NCBI GenBank assembly: GCA_037927135.1
Contig: JAXSPP010000001.1
Span: 64,001 to 128,000, forward strand
Direction: 5' to 3'
Source: Candidatus Pampinifervens sinense
GTDB lineage: Bacteria; Aquificota; Aquificia; Aquificales; Aquificaceae
DNA length: 64,000 nt
This document shows, one piece after another, positions 60,667 through 64,000 of the stretch. The notes below the pieces were generated by a model. It did no database searches and was not told the origin of the DNA. It worked only from the letters and a program-made list of their open reading frames with translations. Made by a program: the position numbers and the translations under genes. Within the stretch, counting starts at the first letter, position 1. Each line of letters starts with the position of its first letter.

Positions 60667-62106
60667 TTATCTCCTTGCAATTCCTTCAAGTAAAAAGCCT
60701 GTTATCATTCCAGAAGAAAAGGCTAAAAAGCCAAGCAAGAAGGCAGATATCTCCATAAGCTGTGGTATTGGCTTATCGTAAAATTTGGTAGGATGAGAGG
60801 AAAAGCACTCTTTCCAGATGGGATACACGTACAAGCTTGCAAGCAAACTCCCTAAAAGCATTATTCCACCATGAAGGAAAAAGCCAAGCTTGATAGAAAG
60901 CTCCAGAAAGAGAAACTTAGCCACAAAGCCTGCACTTAAAGGAAGGCCTATCAAAGTAGCACCAGAAAAGAAGAGGGCAAAGAAGGTGAATGGGTGGCTA
61001 TGGGCAAAGCCAGGCATGTATGAAAGCTCATCCCTTTTTGCCACGTATATAGCATTCCCAGAAGATAGGAACATGCTTGCCTTTGCAAGAGCGTGGGAAA
61101 AGACTTGAAGGGCAAAGGCTTGAAACACTGCTTCTTTAAGCATCCCACCATGATAATAAATGGGGGCCATAAGGAAAAGATAACCCATCTGGGCAACGGT
61201 AGAATAAGCCAAGAGCCTTTTTATAGTCTTTTGTCTTATAGCATAGTAGGATCCTATAAAGATAGCCAGCGCACCCATTATGCTTAAAACTATACTAAGA
61301 TACTCAAGGCTTTTATCCTTAGGCAACACCTCCATCCAAAGTCTTAGCATAAGGTATGCAGGTGGCTTTATCACTAAGGAAGATAAAAGGGCGCTTGCGG
61401 GTGCCACCGTGCTTGAATGAGCTGGGGGTAGCCAAAAGTGGAAGGGTAAGAGGGCAGATTTTATAGCAAGGGCTATGGTTATGGGAAAAAGGGCATAGAT
61501 AAACTCTTGAGTGTCAGAAAGCTTTTGCGATAGTAAGCTCATACTAAGCACACCATAGTTGGCATAGAGCATGGCAATGCCAAGCAGGTAAAACATAGAG
61601 GCAAGTATGGAAAGGAAAAGGTAGTTTAAAGATGCTTTTATGGCTTTTTTGTATCCCGGAAGGGCGACCAGGATAACAGCGGTAAGAGAAAGCACCTCAA
61701 GGGCAACGTACAGGTTAAAAAGGTCTTCAGAGAGGAAAAAGGCGTTCAAACCAGCCCACAGAAAGAAGAAGAAAAACCAAAAGAACCTACCTTGTCTTTT
61801 ATACTCTACGTTAAAGAAGCTAATAGAGTAGAGGGCTACAAAAAGGCTAACGATTCCAATCATAAGCAGGAAAAAACCGCTAAGGCCATCTAAACGGAGA
61901 CCTATGCCTAAGGGTGGGGTCCATCCACCTATCCATTGATAAAGAGGTGTGTTATCCCTTAAAGTGTAAAGGAAAGAATATACAGACAACAAGAAGGAAA
62001 GGAGGCTGAAGGCTAAGGCTATGTAAACCCTGATAGGGCTTATAAGGGAAAAGATGGATGCCAAAAGGGGAAGGACTATCAAATAGCCCAAATCAAAGGA
62101 GATCAT
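60667..62106 (-). CDS. mrpD: Mrp antiporter subunit D
   Basis: DLFNLYV.LE, K.AL.P.HFWLP and H.LAKA..F. Confidence 0.88.
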   Translation of the reverse strand: MISFDLGYLIVLPLLASIFSLISPIRVYIALAFSLLSFLLSVYSFLYTLRDNTPLYQWIGGWTPPLGIGLRLDGLSGFFLLMIGIVSLFVALYSISFFNVEYKRQGRFFWFFFFFLWAGLNAFFLSEDLFNLYVALEVLSLTAVILVALPGYKKAIKASLNYLFLSILASMFYLLGIAMLYANYGVLSMSLLSQKLSDTQEFIYALFPITIALAIKSALLPFHFWLPPAHSSTVAPASALLSSLVIKPPAYLMLRLWMEVLPKDKSLEYLSIVLSIMGALAIFIGSYYAIRQKTIKRLLAYSTVAQMGYLFLMAPIYYHGGMLKEAVFQAFALQVFSHALAKASMFLSSGNAIYVAKRDELSYMPGFAHSHPFTFFALFFSGATLIGLPLSAGFVAKFLFLELSIKLGFFLHGGIMLLGSLLASLYVYPIWKECFSSHPTKFYDKPIPQLMEISAFLLGFLAFSSGMITGFLLEGIARR

Positions 62107-62375
62107 TCCTCCTCCTTGTTAAGGTGTAGTATTAGTGAGACGGCTATGGCAGTTGCACTCACGGCTACCACTATACCGGTCAATACAAGGGCATGAGGCA
62201 CAGGGTCTGGGCTTTCTGTATTGGTATTTTTTGCAGTAGTTATAAAGAAAAGGAACACTCCAGAACCAAGTATGTTTAAGGCTATAAGGCGCTTTACATA
62301 ATTCCTTGCCACTATAAAGTGATAGAGGCTTATAATCACAAGAAGAATAGCCAAAATGTAGTAAAACCATATCAT
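62103..62375 (-). CDS. mrpC: Mrp antiporter subunit C
   Basis: DPVPHALVLTGIVV. Confidence 0.9.
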   Translation of the reverse strand: MIWFYYILAILLVIISLYHFIVARNYVKRLIALNILGSGVFLFFITTAKNTNTESPDPVPHALVLTGIVVAVSATAIAVSLILHLNKEEE

Positions 62376-63238
62376 AGCTTACCCCTGTAGGCAGTGTATA
62401 GAAGAAAGGCTGTAGATATCCATATGGAGAGTTCAATAATCATTATAGAAATGGTAGAAAGTTCAAGGGGATAGGTAAGAAAGCCATAGCCCAAAAGGGC
62501 ATACAGTAGTCCAATCAAGGAGAAAACACCCAAGCCAGCCATCATAAAGATGTATATTATTGAAGCTTTTAAAGGTAAGGCTTGGCCAGCCAAGGCAAAA
62601 ATCACAAGACCACCAGCGAGTAAAGCACCACCTTGAAAGGCACCACCTACAGAGAAGGTTCCAAGGTAGGTAATGTATAAGGAGAAGAAAACTATAAAGG
62701 GCAATAAAAGCCTTGAAAAACCTTTCAAAAGTGGATTATCCCAGTAATAAGCCTCCCTTTTTAGACCAAGAGATAAAAGGCCGAATATAGCCAAAGTAAT
62801 AACACCCACTTCAAGCAAGGTATCATAGCCTCTAAAGTTAAGAAGGACGGCATTTACCGCACTATCCACACCACTCTTATGTAGGTTTTCAAAGACAAGA
62901 CTGGCAATCCTATCTTGTCTTTCTATAGTGGTAAGGTGAAAAAGCATAAAGATGAGAATTAAAAAGGAGATAAAGCCAGCCCAAAGTCTGGTAAAGGTAA
63001 AAGCTTTAAGATCTTTTTGCTTTGAACCTTTCACAAGCTTGAAGATTAAAAGGCCCGTTATGGCAGAACCAAGTATGATCTCCACCAAGGCTACATCTGG
63101 AGCCTCAAGGCGCACCCATATTAGACCACTCAAAAAGCCAAAGATTATGAAAAACACCCCACTTTTCATCGTATCTTTGCTGTGTAAAGAGAGAAGAGCT
63201 GAGACAAAAAGCATAAGGCCCAAAGCCAAGTCAAGCAT
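62372..63238 (-). CDS. mrpB: Mrp antiporter DUF4040-MrpB fusion subunit
   Basis: APDVAL.E, V.AVLL.FRG.DTL.E and GGAFQGG; start moved to 63238. Confidence 0.85.
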   Translation of the reverse strand: MLDLALGLMLFVSALLSLHSKDTMKSGVFFIIFGFLSGLIWVRLEAPDVALVEIILGSAITGLLIFKLVKGSKQKDLKAFTFTRLWAGFISFLILIFMLFHLTTIERQDRIASLVFENLHKSGVDSAVNAVLLNFRGYDTLLEVGVITLAIFGLLSLGLKREAYYWDNPLLKGFSRLLLPFIVFFSLYITYLGTFSVGGAFQGGALLAGGLVIFALAGQALPLKASIIYIFMMAGLGVFSLIGLLYALLGYGFLTYPLELSTISIMIIELSIWISTAFLLYTAYRGKL

Positions 63239-63509
63239 ATCTTTTTTTCCTGTTTGCCAAAGCATAACCAACAAGGGCGCTGTAGGAGATGGCTAAAAGC
63301 CAAACAAGGAGTAGCTTTATCCAATGGGATAAAAGGTCTGTGGATAATATACAGGATAGGACGATAAAACCAAAGCCAAGTACATCGGCTTTTGTAAGAG
63401 CATGAAGCCTGCTGTAGGTATCTTTTAACCTTATAAGACCTATACTACCCGCAAGTAAAAAGATAGCACCTATAAACATAAAGGCTATGGAAAGGATTTC
63501 AAATGCCAT
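63231..63509 (-). CDS. mrpG: Mrp antiporter subunit G
   Basis: G.IR..D.Y.RLHA.TK. Confidence 0.9.
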   Translation of the reverse strand: MAFEILSIAFMFIGAIFLLAGSIGLIRLKDTYSRLHALTKADVLGFGFIVLSCILSTDLLSHWIKLLLVWLLAISYSALVGYALANRKKRYA

Positions 63510-63771
63510 CCTTAGACTTCCCTAAAATTATTATAGCAAAGGCAACGCCAACCACGCCTGCAAGAAGGGCAAAACCAAGGGCTAAATTTATGTAGTAAGC
63601 CTCTTTTGTAATCTTAAAAAAGGCAAGGAGTAAAGCAGTGCCACCCGTACCAAGCAGTAAAGAAGCCATCATACTATCCACCAACTCTGGACCTCTAAAA
63701 ACCCTTACAAGTCCAAGCAGGAGGTTTAACACAAGCAAAAACAATAGAAGACCGTATACCAAATCCATCAT
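63499..63771 (-). CDS. mrpF: Mrp antiporter subunit F
   Basis: RVFRGP..VD and three TM segments. Confidence 0.85.
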   Translation of the reverse strand: MMDLVYGLLLFLLVLNLLLGLVRVFRGPELVDSMMASLLLGTGGTALLLAFFKITKEAYYINLALGFALLAGVVGVAFAIIILGKSKDGI

Positions 63772-64000
63772 GTAAATATTTTATCTATAAGGCTTTCCAT
63801 ATACTTGAGCTTTTCCTCATCGTAGCTGTTTTTGTCAAGGGTGTGTATCAAAATAGTATCCTCTCCTATTTCAACAGAAAGAGTGCCGGGTGTTAGGTTT
63901 ATTACCATAGAAAGTAAGAATTTTACTACTTGCTTGTTTGTGTTTAACTTATAAATAACAAAGCCTGGGTCTACCAGAAGCTTGGGGCTTAGCACCCTTC
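63768..64000 (-). CDS. mrpE: Mrp antiporter subunit E (3' part; start lies outside the window)
   Basis: INLTPGTL and IH.LD motifs. Confidence 0.85.
   Translation of the reverse strand, partial: RVLSPKLLVDPGFVIYKLNTNKQVVKFLLSMVINLTPGTLSVEIGEDTILIHTLDKNSYDEEKLKYMESLIDKIFT

Overview
A gene-dense chromosomal window that looks like a thermophilic Aquificaceae bacterium (Hydrogenobacter/Thermocrinis-like). This is inferred from protein families, mixed-function operons and short intergenic gaps, not from a marker-gene search. It holds about 62 CDS, mostly housekeeping: infB, bioW, hfq, priA, queD, panB, metF, def, uvrC, PBP1A, dnaJ, dnaA, recN, ogg, topA, mog, tpx, ppsA, glyS, secF, dtd, coaE and an mrp antiporter operon. 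It also holds a tusA-dsrEFH sulfur-relay cluster, a periplasmic NXR/pNar-type molybdoenzyme operon and a PDH operon. Signals the ORF track misses: (1) the molybdoenzyme alpha subunit is split by a frameshift in an AT dinucleotide run, which cuts off its TAT leader; (2) a CRISPR-type leader and promoter drive one solitary repeat, followed by a spacer-sized 37 nt and a long hairpin, just upstream of a DUF29 gene; (3) a sigma-54 promoter with a palindromic enhancer drives a tandem DUF2173 pair; (4) a PLD-nuclease/HerA-ATPase fusion; (5) a PriA lacking helicase motifs; (6) a PDH E3 lacking the NAD-binding motif; (7) an IS graveyard at 15.2-16.0 kb (IS982-like element with perfect 17-bp TIRs, plus a TnpB-like remnant) and a 12-bp IR mini-element at 18.36 kb. 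No rRNA, tRNA, multi-repeat CRISPR array or cas gene was seen. All family calls come from motif recognition by eye; no searches were run.
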